Below the pieces are notes generated by a model, which had not been told where the DNA came from, made no database searches, and saw only the letters and a program-made list of their open reading frames with translations. A DNA stretch of 64,000 nt from Naegleria gruberi (taxonomy: Eukaryota): the NCBI GenBank assembly GCA_000004985.1, contig GG738845.1; one strand, given 5' to 3'. Below are positions 44,499 through 55,949 of this stretch, one piece after another. Numbering within the stretch: position 1 is the first letter of the stretch; each line of letters opens with the position of its first letter. The translations under genes and the position numbers were made by a program.

Positions 44499-46760
44499 AT
44501 GGCTGCAGTGATTCCGTTAAGATCCGGTTATGAATTCCTCCAAGATACATCATCAAAATTGGTGGACGAAGGAATGACCAAAGTAGTTGTTGCCATGTTG
44601 ATGAATCACATCTTACCACAACTCTATGTTAGTCAATTATCCAAATTCGAAACATTTTCTGTTCCTTCACCTCTTTCTATTGAGGGAGAAGAGAACAATG
44701 ATCACTTTTTACTATTTGAAAAAGAAGCATCAACAAGTGGCAACAATTGCTCCAAGTGCCGTTATTTTGAAAACCTTGCCTTTTCTTCTTCATTCAACAA
44801 GTATTGCCAAGTAAATTGTACAAATTGCGACTGTTGTAATAACTCCAAAGAATTAACTCTTGATTCTCCTACAAACAATTACAACTTTGATTCTTATCAT
44901 CAACCCATCATGGTTCTTCCAACCTCAAATAATAATCATTCAAGCAATGAAACAAATACTGGTAATTCTCAATATGTTAGAGATTACCTTCTCAACTCAT
45001 TATTTCAATCAGATTTGCATACTGGCAACTCTCTTTCCAACATGCAACAACAAACTCAAAATGACAAGAACTATTTCCTTTCGAATGAAGGTTCCACTAT
45101 TCAAGAACCAAAAAATATGGTTTTTCCAGATATAAATAGAAAAAACCAAAACGAAAAAAAATCAATGACAATACTACCACAAACAACCCAAACTTTATAT
45201 CAAAACTCATTCATAGAAACTATTAATAATACTCACTCAAGTGAAGAGGAAGATGCATCATCCAGTAGCTGTTTGAGCAATTCTTCTGCCTTTTCGAATC
45301 AATCTTTTAATGTTAAACGAGAGAGTTTCATCTCAAATGAAAGGTCATGGAAGGTTGCTTTTGAATCGGAGGAGTATAAAGGATTATTAAGAAATACATC
45401 ATTCAAAATCAAGACAAGAACTGACGATATTGAAGTAAACATTTCCTCTCAACTGTACTCCAGTTTAAAGTATCAGTTTAACATTTCAACATTTATTAAT
45501 AAGAAAAGAGCCACCGAATTGGCAATTAATCAAAAAAGTTATGGAGGTATCATAATAGCCACAGTAGAATCGCTTATTGTTAAAAATGAAGAGGATGACG
45601 ATACAGACGAAGAAACTTTGAAGAAGGACGAAATATGCCAAGATGTTTTGAAAGGTGAGTCAGAATTAGCACTACAACCTATAGAATCAATAGAAGCTAC
45701 TGAATCAAAAGCTTTCAAACCATTCCTTCAACAATTAAGAAGAGAAATAAGTAAAGAGGACAATGATTGTGATGAAAGGGAATGGATATGCCTATTAAAT
45801 AAGACTAAGATGCAATTTTCTGATCAATCACAACACAATAAGAAAAATTCCTACGTTATGAGAGTTAGTTTTTATCTCAACAAGGAATTTAAGGAAAGAA
45901 AACCAATAATTATTTTCGATAGTGCTCCTTTCAAAATATATGCAAGAAGAAGCAAGAAATTGGACGAATCAGAAGAACCTAGAAAGAGAAAGAGGAAAAT
46001 CAAAAGCAAAACAACCTCAAAGAAACAAAAAAGTAATGATATTTCTCTTTTATCAAAATTTGAATCGGAATTGGGAGAATTGGTTCAATTCATTGGTGAA
46101 ATGACAAATTCAACTGAAAGAAATAGAGCAGTACAAGCTTTTATCACCAATCTAGTTTCACTAGAAAGTATCCAAGATAGAGCAGAGCCCATAGCCCCAA
46201 TACATATAGATACATCTTTTGGAAGGCAACCAGGAACTGCAGCAAAACTATTGAATGAGAGGATTCCAGAACTGAATCCTTATCCATTTTTTGATAGTAC
46301 TTTCTATGGAAATTATTCAAATAGAGAAGAAAATTCATTAGAATCATCAATATCCAAGGATATGCTGCTTTCTATTGGTCAATCTAGTGTTCTAGATAGC
46401 CCACATACACCTGATCTAATGAAAGGAAGTGAATCAAAACCACATCAAAATCACCCTCCAAGAATTTTACAATTATTGAACCAACCAAGTAGTAGACTAG
46501 ATTTAAGTAAGGTGAAAAATATTGGTTCAATGAATCCTTCAATGCTAAATAAGTATTTGCAAGATGATGTACAAACTCCAACATTAATGAACTCACAACA
46601 ATCCAATAACTTGATCGGAATGGAAAATAGTTTAGATATATTTGATGTAAGCCCTTTACCTATTCAAGGAAATATCAGTAATAGTTTACCAAACGAAACA
46701 AATGCATTCGATCAGTTACTATTCGATATTCACAGAACCCAACCCAAGAAAGAGAAATAA
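44499..46760 (+). CDS. Hypothetical Ser/Asn-rich protein (753 aa)
   Basis: Single ORF from a true ATG. Cys-rich patch CSKCRYF...CQVNCTNCDCCNN near the N-terminus. No domain recognised. Confidence 0.55.
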   Translation: MAAVIPLRSGYEFLQDTSSKLVDEGMTKVVVAMLMNHILPQLYVSQLSKFETFSVPSPLSIEGEENNDHFLLFEKEASTSGNNCSKCRYFENLAFSSSFNKYCQVNCTNCDCCNNSKELTLDSPTNNYNFDSYHQPIMVLPTSNNNHSSNETNTGNSQYVRDYLLNSLFQSDLHTGNSLSNMQQQTQNDKNYFLSNEGSTIQEPKNMVFPDINRKNQNEKKSMTILPQTTQTLYQNSFIETINNTHSSEEEDASSSSCLSNSSAFSNQSFNVKRESFISNERSWKVAFESEEYKGLLRNTSFKIKTRTDDIEVNISSQLYSSLKYQFNISTFINKKRATELAINQKSYGGIIIATVESLIVKNEEDDDTDEETLKKDEICQDVLKGESELALQPIESIEATESKAFKPFLQQLRREISKEDNDCDEREWICLLNKTKMQFSDQSQHNKKNSYVMRVSFYLNKEFKERKPIIIFDSAPFKIYARRSKKLDESEEPRKRKRKIKSKTTSKKQKSNDISLLSKFESELGELVQFIGEMTNSTERNRAVQAFITNLVSLESIQDRAEPIAPIHIDTSFGRQPGTAAKLLNERIPELNPYPFFDSTFYGNYSNREENSLESSISKDMLLSIGQSSVLDSPHTPDLMKGSESKPHQNHPPRILQLLNQPSSRLDLSKVKNIGSMNPSMLNKYLQDDVQTPTLMNSQQSNNLIGMENSLDIFDVSPLPIQGNISNSLPNETNAFDQLLFDIHRTQPKKEK

Positions 46761-46847
46761 TTTAGAAATACATCGAATTAATTCTTTGACACAACACCAA
46801 CCAAACATCTATAAAATAAATACAAATTAAACAAAATATGATAAAAC

Positions 46848-47201
46848 TTACTTTTCTAATATGAAATCAGAATTTACGAAAGCATGATATTCATCAAACA
46901 ACTTGGTGCAATCTTTTCCTAAAATTTCATCCAAAATATCAACCCCTCCTGGGTGATGTAGTAAAAAATCTGTTATATCATAAACATATCCTCGTAAAAT
47001 TACCCAAGCATCTGATCTGGTATTGTGTTTTACAATTTCACTGTTTGTTATTTGTTTAGTTTTGTTTTGAGTAGTTGTGGGCATTTTCATGGCTTGTCTG
47101 GACCAATGCATTAAACCAAAACCACTTGGAAGAGGTACTTTTTGGCGAGTTCTTGTTGTATTGCTGGTAGATGGCAATGAGTGAGGTTCCGAAGAAGACA
47201 T
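46848..47201 (-). CDS. Cytochrome b5-like heme-binding domain protein (Ncb5or/CYB5R4 N-terminal-like)
   Basis: ...VPLPSGFGLMHWSRQ...EIVKHNTRSDAWVILRGYVYDITDFLLHHPGGVDILDEILGKDCTKLFDEYHAFVNSDFIL matches the PG.SLMDW + b5 (HPGG) arrangement. It terminates without a reductase domain. Confidence 0.7.
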   Translation of the reverse strand: MSSSEPHSLPSTSNTTRTRQKVPLPSGFGLMHWSRQAMKMPTTTQNKTKQITNSEIVKHNTRSDAWVILRGYVYDITDFLLHHPGGVDILDEILGKDCTKLFDEYHAFVNSDFILEK

Positions 47202-47257
47202 TTTTCTTAATTCTAAAAATAAGTTGAATAAAAATTTAAAACATCACCACAGTAAAT

Positions 47258-47834
47258 ATGTTTAAAATTGTGGATGGTAGACTTTTGGTGGACATTAAAT
47301 TATATTCGGAACATATTATTCAAGATTTAATATTATATTTTTCGTATGAGAGAATTTTAATCGGATTTATTCTGTTATTTATTTCATATTATATTATCAA
47401 AAAGATTGTAAAGAGAAGAACACTTGTTGGCAAATGTTGGAATTGTGGAGAAACATTTTATTTAACAAAAAGACAAGTGAATTTGGGATGGAAATGTCCA
47501 ACGAGGAATTGTCACTCTTTTAATAGTGGTCCTTCTTCTAATTCACAATCCTTANNNNNNNNNNNNNNNNNNNNNNNNNNNNNNNNNNNNNNNNNNNNNN
47601 NNNNTTTCTATTTATTCCTTCTTTTTGATGAACTTGTTACATATTATACTATTATTGATTGGTGGTGAAAAGTGTAAAAGTTTATTTAGAATGTCAATAG
47701 AACAAGCTGAATTCAAACTCTATATTACACAATTAGTATTCTTATTGGCAACAATTTTTGGATGTACAATATGTGGTCACAGTATTGGATTTTGTGTATG
47801 TATTCAACTTGTTGATTTTTACTCAAATTTATAA
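47258..47834 (+). CDS. Small TM + CxxC protein interrupted by a gap (hypothetical)
   Basis: MFKIVDGRLL..., a TM helix, then CWNCGETFY...CPTRNC, then a 50-N gap, then ...ICGHSIGFCVC...*. Frame continuity across the gap is unknown. Confidence 0.3.
47555..47604. other. Assembly gap (50 N)
   Basis: A run of n characters. Confidence 1.
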
Positions 47835-47996
47835 GATCCTAATTGTTTTACTTACTTTCCTTTCCTTCAAATTTATTACATTTAAACTCTTTTTTATAGC
47901 CATCATTTCTGTGTTAACATTGATGGTAAGTAAATGAATATTTTTCAAATCTAGATTTTGTAGAAAATTCTTAAAATCAATTCTCAAACAATTGAA

Positions 47997-48641
47997 ATGG
48001 GTATGGGGGATGAACAAGATTTTGAAAGGTATGTGGAGGAGAGGTATCTTCAAAAGCAATATCAACAAGTAGAGGAACAAGTGGGTTCTCATGAAAGTAA
48101 TTCAGAAATTGAGGATGAAGATTTTTCTAAATTGTCACTAGCTGATCCTAATTCTGATTCTGAAGAATTATTCCTATCTGAAAGAGATATTAACCCATGG
48201 GCCAAAGAAGATAAATTCAAAAAACCTCCAAAATATGCTATAGATTCTCGACAATTATTTAATGATGCTCAATCAATAGTTAATCCTCCCAATGAAAGAG
48301 ATAACAGAGAAATATTAGAAGATGAAAACATGACAGATAGTGCTGACAAAACAGGAGAAAATCAAATTATTGATAAGAACATAGTGTCTTCCGATTTACC
48401 TCTTCAGGATATCATTTCTAACGAAAGTGACAAAAGAGAAATAATACCAGAAACACTGTTACCAAATTTTGAACAGCAAAACCTGATAGATTACAAGAAA
48501 GAAATCGTTGAATCATCAAATATTGAAAAAAAAACACTTTCAAGGTTGCACTGGATTGGCATTACATCATTCATGGTAGCAGTAATTTCTGTGCTTGTAA
48601 TCACATTTCTTGATATTTACCAAACAGCTAAACATGGATAA
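47997..48641 (+). CDS. Acidic tail-anchored protein (hypothetical)
   Basis: 214 aa. Highly acidic and Ser-rich, with a single C-terminal TM helix (WIGITSFMVAVISVLVITFL). Confidence 0.45.
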   Translation: MGMGDEQDFERYVEERYLQKQYQQVEEQVGSHESNSEIEDEDFSKLSLADPNSDSEELFLSERDINPWAKEDKFKKPPKYAIDSRQLFNDAQSIVNPPNERDNREILEDENMTDSADKTGENQIIDKNIVSSDLPLQDIISNESDKREIIPETLLPNFEQQNLIDYKKEIVESSNIEKKTLSRLHWIGITSFMVAVISVLVITFLDIYQTAKHG

Positions 48642-48661
48642 TAATAATTTATTGGATAAAT

Positions 48662-51600
48662 TTACACTTTAAGGTTTGCTTCAAAGGCCTTAATAAGGTC
48701 ATCAGCCAAATCTTTGATAAGCATAGAGCTTTCAGTTTCTCTAATGCGGAAGATTACAGAATAAAGTTCGGTTGTCATAATCTTAGGATTTTCACACCAT
48801 TTGTATAAGCTTTGCACAATCTTAAGTTGATCAGATCGTACTTTTTTGTCAGAATGGGGTTGAAGAAGGGCATGTTTTACAACTTTGGTAATGAACTCGT
48901 TAGATTGACTTAAAGCCTTGCTTAATTTGACAGAGCTTGATATTATACTAAGAAGAGGAGACGAAACAAAACGAGAGGGTGCGCTACAAAACACGTCTAC
49001 TAGTTTGTTAATATTCTCTGATTTGGCAAGAACAGATTCTACACGTTCCTTGTCTTCATTTAACCATTTGCTCAAAGACTCCATAGCTTTAAGTTGCCAA
49101 TTTTGTACTCCTAATACTTTGATGTAGAACTCTAACATTTTGCTATCTTTCAACTCTTTTCTTACGCTTGGAACGTTCACTCTTACAATTTCACATAACA
49201 TGTCAACAGCAAAGGTTTTTAAAATACTATCATTACTGATAAAATATTGTATCTCAGGAACAATACCAGCTTCCACAGCAATGATTTGACGTTTTTTGTT
49301 AAAGCGAGTAAGGTGGAGTATGGCTGTTATCATTTGGTTACCTATGGAAGCATCTCTTTCGGCTAATATTTTTACAAGGACTGGAATACCATCAGCTTTT
49401 TCAAATGATTCAAATGTGACAGGATAGGTAGCGAGATTTTTTGTTACAATAGCTAGGCTTAGCTTGAATTCTTTCTGATCCTCATTGTTTGTATCGAGAG
49501 TAGAGAAAGATTGTAAAATTCTCTTGAGAGAAGCAACTTCTGCCATATGTGCTCTGACTACTGAATCCATATTTGAGAATAGCAAGAGAAGCGATATTGT
49601 CTTGTCCAAATACTTTTTGGTAACCACATCATTGGTGTTAAGAGAAAATCTTTTCACAAGTAATAACAAAACTTCGCTTAGTCTTGGCATTAACCCGTTT
49701 TTGGAGAATAATCTGCAAAAATCATTCTTTGGAGTTTTGATAGCTTCTTGAGGTAAATCAAAAACTTGTTCAATATTCTCTATTGTTTCGTAAACTAATT
49801 CTATACCATCTTCAAGACGATCATTGTCATGGGCCAACAAGTCAACAAGTACTCTAATTCCTTGACATCCAATAAACATTCTCACTGTAAAATGGCTAGT
49901 CTTGAAAATACTTCTAATAAACGATCCAGCTTGATATCTAACAGCATATGGATAGTTTTTGTGGCAAAATTGCATAATATTTGGAAGTATACCAACTAAA
50001 CACAAAGTCTCTTTAAAGTGAATACTCTCTTGAAACCAGGCAATATCATCCTCTAGAATGAATTGGTTGATGAGCTTTAGGGCTGCCTCTATAGTTTTGT
50101 ATGATGAAGAATACTGTTGAGACATTGAGAGAAGTTCTACAAATGGTATTGGAACAACTGATTTCACTCTACACTTTAATCTAGCGAACTCTGTAAGTAT
50201 GGAAATAAGTTTTTCACATTGCACAACAAACAAGTCTTCTGTCATTACATCCTGTTGAAATTTTTCCAAAAGCATGTTAAAATCCTTCTCTGGTTTTAAT
50301 AGTTCATCATCATTTTGTTTGTCCATATCATCAAAAATATCTTCAAATGTATCTTGGAAGAATAGATCATCCTCAATTGCTTCCTCTGCTCTTCCTTGAA
50401 CTTTTTGCATTTTTGCAAATAAATCTTCAGTAGAATTCTTGTCTCCTTTTCCATCCCATGGATCCAAATCATCCTCCCATTCATCATCGTCATCTTCAAC
50501 ATAGATTGATAAATTTTTCTTACTATTTCCTCCTGGAAAGAATGGTTTTGGAAGGAATTTTTCTTTATCCTTTGGAGCTATGTTAACCATATTTGAGAAA
50601 GGATTTACATCGTCATCATCATCAAAAGGATTATCCTCTCTAGGAGATTTAAGCTTGTTTCCGATTTTTAAAGCAAGTCCATCATCATCATCTCCAAAAT
50701 CAAAATTATCCTCTTCTTCATCTTCATTATATTTTTCGAGTTGTGTTGTCTTGATTTCGCCTTCCTTTTCTTTGGTTGTAACTGGTGTTGGTTGTGTTTG
50801 CTTTTTTCCTTGTAAAATCCAAGGATGTTGTAACAGTTGTTCAGCTGTTTTTCTTGATGTTGGATGCTTTTTAAAACAATCCATTAAAAAGTCTTCACAT
50901 TCCGCTGAGATACCTGTTGGTAGTGGAGGATGTTGATCTTGCACAATTCTATACAATGCAGGCATGGCATCCAAATTAAAATATGGAGGTTCTCCATTTA
51001 AAAGTTCAATAACAGTAGCACCCAAACTCCAAATATCAGAAGCAGGTGTGGAAGGGTTCATTTCAATAATTTCGGGAGCCACTATTAAAGGTTAAAATAA
51101 AAGACGATCAAAAGTTTTACTTACTCCAATACGGTGTACCAACAGGATTGTCATCCACATCTGCTAAAGTTGCAGCCACACCACTATGAAAAGTTATTAC
51201 AAAGGAATTAAATAGTTTTCACTTACAAGTCTGCTAGTTTAATGTCACCTTCCTTTGTTGTTAGAATGTTTGCACCTTTAATATCTCTGTGAATAACACC
51301 TTCAGAGTGTAGGTATTGCAAACCTTCCAATACTTGAGCAACATATTTGCAAACAACATTTTCCTTCATATTACCATATTTTTGTACAATATCCAACAAT
51401 GAACCAGTTTCCACAAACTCAATCACAATATATAATTTACTCTTAGAGGGTATATGATCCACATATCTTACTATTCTATTATGTTTTAACTTTTTCAACA
51501 AATTGATTTCGGTCTGCACATAGAGATCGGATCATGATAATAATAATTAAAACGTACATGAATTGTTTCTATTTGTTCTTTTGAACATTTCTTGACCGTT

Positions 51601-51805
51601 ATTCTTTTTACAGCAACAAATTCACCAGTGTCCGTATTGTAGGCTTTATAAACAACGCCAAAACCACCTCTACCTAATACCTCTCCCAATCTCTTTTAAT
51701 AACACTATTAACAACATACTAATATCATTAACCTACATATTTGTTGCCTATAGTTTTAACCTTGTCCTTCTTTTTCTTTGATTTCTTATCTGTCTCACCC
51801 ACCAT
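48662..51805 (-). CDS. Cdc7(S. pombe)/Cdc15/SepH-type serine/threonine kinase with long C-terminal helical (ARM/HEAT-like) repeats; exons 51805-51737, 51692-51558, 51513-51227, 51183-51125, 51081-48662
   Basis: Spliced N-terminus [23 protein letters not shown]|[17 protein letters not shown]...AVKRI...EQIETIH|[17 protein letters not shown]...[25 protein letters not shown]|[19 protein letters not shown]|MAPEIIEM...[21 protein letters not shown]...HPPLP. Identity to the Cdc7/SepH kinase-domain landmarks is very high. Four introns of 44, 44, 43 and 43 nt (GTAGGT/GTACGT/GTAAGT...AG) all keep frame. Confidence 0.85.
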
Positions 51806-51891
51806 TTTATTAGAGCAGTTGGTTCCGGACAGATGAAACCGTCAATTTTTTCTAATTAAAAAATTTAATTGTTATTATTATTTACAAATTA

Positions 51892-53376
51892 TTATTCTTC
51901 ATCGTTATCTTGTGGTTCGTCCTTCTTTGGAGGGATAAACTTTTTCATGTCTTCTATTGTTGGATCTAATTGTTGGCATAATTTCACTTCTTCATATTCG
52001 TTCAATATTGGAAGTAAGAACTGTGGAGAGAATGCGCCACCCTTATAACCGTAACCAATGTAAACATTGGAAAATACCATATCTTTCGAGTTCCTCTTGT
52101 AACCAACCGTAAAGGCACCATTCCATAATCTATTTGAAAGACAAATAACCTCATTATCAAGACTTTGATGTGATGATCTTATTGTCCAATTTTCTTTTGA
52201 AATTGAGGATAATGGTTTAGGTATTCTTTCAACTGTTTTCTTCAATTGATCAAAGTCTGGGTTTTCTTTTTCCTCAGAAGTCCAGAAGAATGAACATCTT
52301 CCTTGTTTTCTTAGTATCGGTGGAAGAAGGTTAACCCAACTGTTATGTTTAGAAATATCTAGCTTTGCCAATTGCTCTTCAAATTCAGTATTTTGTTCAA
52401 TAGCAGCAAGGGTTTCATTTGCAATAGTTAAATTAGGTGGAAGATTCAATTCTGGATCTACCTCGTCTTCATCTGCGCTAAGCTTCATTCTTCCCAATGG
52501 AGCTAGGATGCAAGAGTGAGAGATTCTTGCAATCTGACATCTCAATAGTTCCATTTCTGTGCCTTTGAATGGAGGGTGTGACAAAACTTGTTGGTCCAAT
52601 CTTCCAGTAAAAAACTTTTTGATTTTTCTGCTTCTGTTAATGCTCTCTGGGTTTGAATCTGGAAGTCTTGTCCAAGTATCAGCATTTCCGCCAACATTAT
52701 TTGATACATAGTAAATGTATTTGTTTGTTCCATCAGTTTCGGGTGGAATTCCATTTTCCTTTTTTTCATTTTCATCATTGTCTTGTTCTGGTTCATCAGT
52801 CTTCTTAGTTTGTTCTGTCTCTAGTATGTAATAATTTTTCTCTATTCCCAGTATTTTGCCAAAGAAACGAATGGAATCTATGTCATTGTTTGATGAAACA
52901 ACTGATTTCATTGAAACCAATAACCGGATGAGTTCCATTTCTCCAATTCCAATACCTACATCCCTGAATAATTTTCCTTCATAGAGAATATCAGACATTT
53001 TGAGTGTATCCAATCCTTCCTCCCCTTCTTCTGTGTTGTCTACATCTTCATCTGTTTTTTTCTTTGGCTTTATTGGTGGATTTATAAGGGCAAGGTATTG
53101 TTCGGATCTCTTGAAATCCTTTTCCAAAATATTTTCATCATCTACTCCCATCCATGGTTTGTACAGTTTTGTTAAACGTTCAAAGGCTGATCTTTCCTTT
53201 GCAGGAACGAAGCTTCCTTCCTTTACTAAATTACAAAATTGTTCAATTTTAGAGAATGGATTTTTAGGCTTTTCTTGAAGTAATCTGAAAATTACTTCTG
53301 AAAAGAAATCCTCAATCGTAATTTTTTCCTTTTCCTCACCAAGATCCGTACATTTAACCTTTGATACAAAAGACAT
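51892..53376 (-). CDS. Radial spoke head protein 4/6-like (RSP4/RSP6/RSPH4A family)
   Basis: The N-terminal ...ITIEDFFSEVIFRLLQEKPKNPFSKIEQFCNLVK matches the remembered RSP4/6 N-terminal pattern (LYDHLVEVLLKIL.ENPKDA...FEQFS..VK). Its size (494 aa) and acidic C-terminus fit. Assignment from memory. Confidence 0.45.
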   Translation of the reverse strand: MSFVSKVKCTDLGEEKEKITIEDFFSEVIFRLLQEKPKNPFSKIEQFCNLVKEGSFVPAKERSAFERLTKLYKPWMGVDDENILEKDFKRSEQYLALINPPIKPKKKTDEDVDNTEEGEEGLDTLKMSDILYEGKLFRDVGIGIGEMELIRLLVSMKSVVSSNNDIDSIRFFGKILGIEKNYYILETEQTKKTDEPEQDNDENEKKENGIPPETDGTNKYIYYVSNNVGGNADTWTRLPDSNPESINRSRKIKKFFTGRLDQQVLSHPPFKGTEMELLRCQIARISHSCILAPLGRMKLSADEDEVDPELNLPPNLTIANETLAAIEQNTEFEEQLAKLDISKHNSWVNLLPPILRKQGRCSFFWTSEEKENPDFDQLKKTVERIPKPLSSISKENWTIRSSHQSLDNEVICLSNRLWNGAFTVGYKRNSKDMVFSNVYIGYGYKGGAFSPQFLLPILNEYEEVKLCQQLDPTIEDMKKFIPPKKDEPQDNDEE

Positions 53377-53408
53377 TTTTTTTGTTGTTTACTGATGAAT
53401 ATGTACAA

Positions 53409-53448
53409 TTTTGGCGGGAAAAAATCGTTTATCCAATTACCGCCAAAT
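53409..53448. promoter_or_regulatory. E2F-like sites TTTTGGCGGGAAAAAA and (reverse) ATTTGGCGGTA in a 116-nt divergent promoter
   Basis: They lie between the ATG at 53376 (-) and the ATG at 53493 (+). TTTGGCGGGAAA is a canonical E2F element. Confidence 0.35.
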
Positions 53449-53492
53449 CTACATACAAATCAGTTTAGATAAAAAATACATTAGATTAAAAA

Positions 53493-55909
53493 ATGGACGT
53501 ACTCAAGGAAAAGCAATTCATGATAACCTCGGAAAGGTGGCAATTATTGGAGAAGGAAAGATTGGAGATGTAAGTGTAATCAATTAATGTAATACTTATT
53601 ATTCAGACTAAGGAAGAGAGAATTAATTGAACACAGGATTGATTTACGATATCACTCAGAGGAAGGATTGGAGCAACATAGATCTGATTATTATAAGAGA
53701 CTTTTGAAAAAGGTGGAAGACAATTTGGAAAAGAGTAAAATTAGGAACAAACTTTTGGTGAACAAAGCAGATGATCTTCTACAAAGCGTCTCAGTATCAA
53801 ACTCAAACAACCTTGTAAAGTCAAAAGTCAAGTTAGAGGTTGCAAAGGTAAGGAATAATTTCTCAAATTTCTTACACTCAAAAGAAACAATTTTTACAAT
53901 CCTTCCAGGACAGAGTAAAGGAATATGAGGAATTGGGGAGACACCAAAAACTCAAACAAATCAGAAAGACAGAAGAGGAAATTGAAATTGAGAGAAGGAA
54001 ATTGAGGGAGTCTACATTGGAATGGGAAAGAGAAAAGAAAGTTAATAATGATCTTCAAGAAAAAATTAAAGAGCTCATTGTAACAAAAGAAATATCAAAA
54101 AAAGAGGCTATTGAGAGGGAGGCAGAAAGAAAGGCTATTCTTGAAGGAGAGAGAAAAATCCAAAGAGCTGTTGAACAAACATCCGTTGATGCGTCAAAAA
54201 GATATTTGGAGAAAGAAGAAAAGAGGAAATTAGAAGCTGTTGACGGTAAAGATATTAAATACAAAGGTAAGAAGAAACTGGAAACATCTTTAATTTTAAC
54301 AACCTTAACAGGTCTTGTCGAAGAAGTGTACGAAGGAAAAATTGGAATTGCTGCTAGAGAAAAATTTGTGTCTCAAGAATCGTTTGAAATACAATCTCAA
54401 CAAGTTCAAAAACCTGTTGATGAATTATACTATAATGACGGATATAGCAGCTTTGAAGAAAAGCATAATCCAAACAGTTTTGCAAAATTTAAAGAATGGC
54501 AGAAAAAACAAACTGTTGACAAGAAGAAACCCGAAATGTCTCAAACACAAAAGCCAAAACATCAAACCCAGCAACAAACCCCAATTACTCAACCAATGAG
54601 GGAAAATTGTGTTGAAAAAAATTATAGACAGGAAGAGTTCAAAGAAATTAAGCCAGCACGAGAAGATTACAAAGAAATTAAGCACGAGGTCAGGGAGGAG
54701 GAAATAAAACCAACTCCTGTGTCCCAGACGACAAAGGACGTGCTTGGAGATAGCATTGGATCAATTGAAGATAGGGAATCTGAGAGTGATGACATCACCA
54801 AATCATTCTTGGAATCTATCAAAAAACCAATGTTGGTTTCAGCTTTGAGTAAGAAGGATGACAAGACTTCTCCCATCTCATCAATGATAAAACCATCAAG
54901 CCCAAAGAACATAGTTATCACTCCAGAAGAAACAAAGAATAATAACTTTGTTAAAATTCAGTCTCCTAAATCCTTTACAAGTACTTCACCACAACAAAAT
55001 AGAACAAACCAAACCTTTGCAAACCAACAAGCAACCTCAATCTCCCCAACAAAATCTACACCCCCTCCAAATCCTGTTATTGAAAAAAAGAAGGAAATTG
55101 AAACTAAAAAAGATCCAGAAAAAGATCCAGTAGAACACAAGGAAGGTGATTCAAAAACGAAAAAGATCAAAAGTTTCTTTTCTGCAGCATTCAAATTTAA
55201 TGGGAAGAAGAAGGAAGAAGAAAAATCAGAGGAGACTGAATCATCCTCTGAAAATGATTCAAATGCACAAGACAAAGAAGGAGACAATATGGTCCAACAA
55301 AGAGTCAAAAAGTTAAACCAATCAAAACTGGTTACAACTCTGTCTTCTTACATGCTAGAGTTAGAAAATCACCTTAAAGAACAAAAAGAAAGGTACAACA
55401 AAATGTCCTTAAACTACAAGCTGGAAAATAAGGAGAGTCAAGAAACGTTGGTATACTCAAACTGCCCAAAGATAAATGGGAAAAATAGAGTACTGAATAT
55501 TGAATCATCCAAGAAAGAAATTGAGCCAGTCATGAAGTGCGTGGCTTGTTTAGATATAATACAGTATCTCCCATCACCATTAATAAGTGTTGAAATATTG
55601 GATGAATATTTAGAAAAAGACACTGAGTATGAAATTGAACAACTTTCGAAGTATTTGAATTCATTTGGCTTAGAAGTTTGGCGATTAATAATAACACATG
55701 TTTCCAACTTGTCAAAGTTGGAACCCAAGTGGAGAGAGCCCTTACTGAAAGTGTTTTCTGAATCAATTTGCAAAACCCTTCCACCAAGTAAGAACACAAC
55801 TGAAGCTAAAAACAAAACAAAGACCCTGCTGAAAACTTATATTTCAACCAAAAAATCCAACACTACTATTCCTGACACAACAACACTCGAACAACCAAAA
55901 AAGAAGTAA
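53493..55909 (+). CDS. E/K-rich coiled-coil protein (hypothetical, possibly axonemal); exons 53493-53569, 53607-53847, 53909-55909
   Basis: The first exon MDVLKEKQFMITSERWQLLEKERLE ends with a split codon (at|GTAAGT), then a 37-nt intron, then exon 2 ...ILRKRELIEHRIDLRYHSEEGLEQHRSDYYKRLL... A 61-nt GTAAGG...CAG intron leads into the large exon. All junctions keep frame. Confidence 0.55.
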
Positions 55910-55949
55910 GTAACTTACTGTATTATTGCAATTAATGTTTTAAAGTTCT

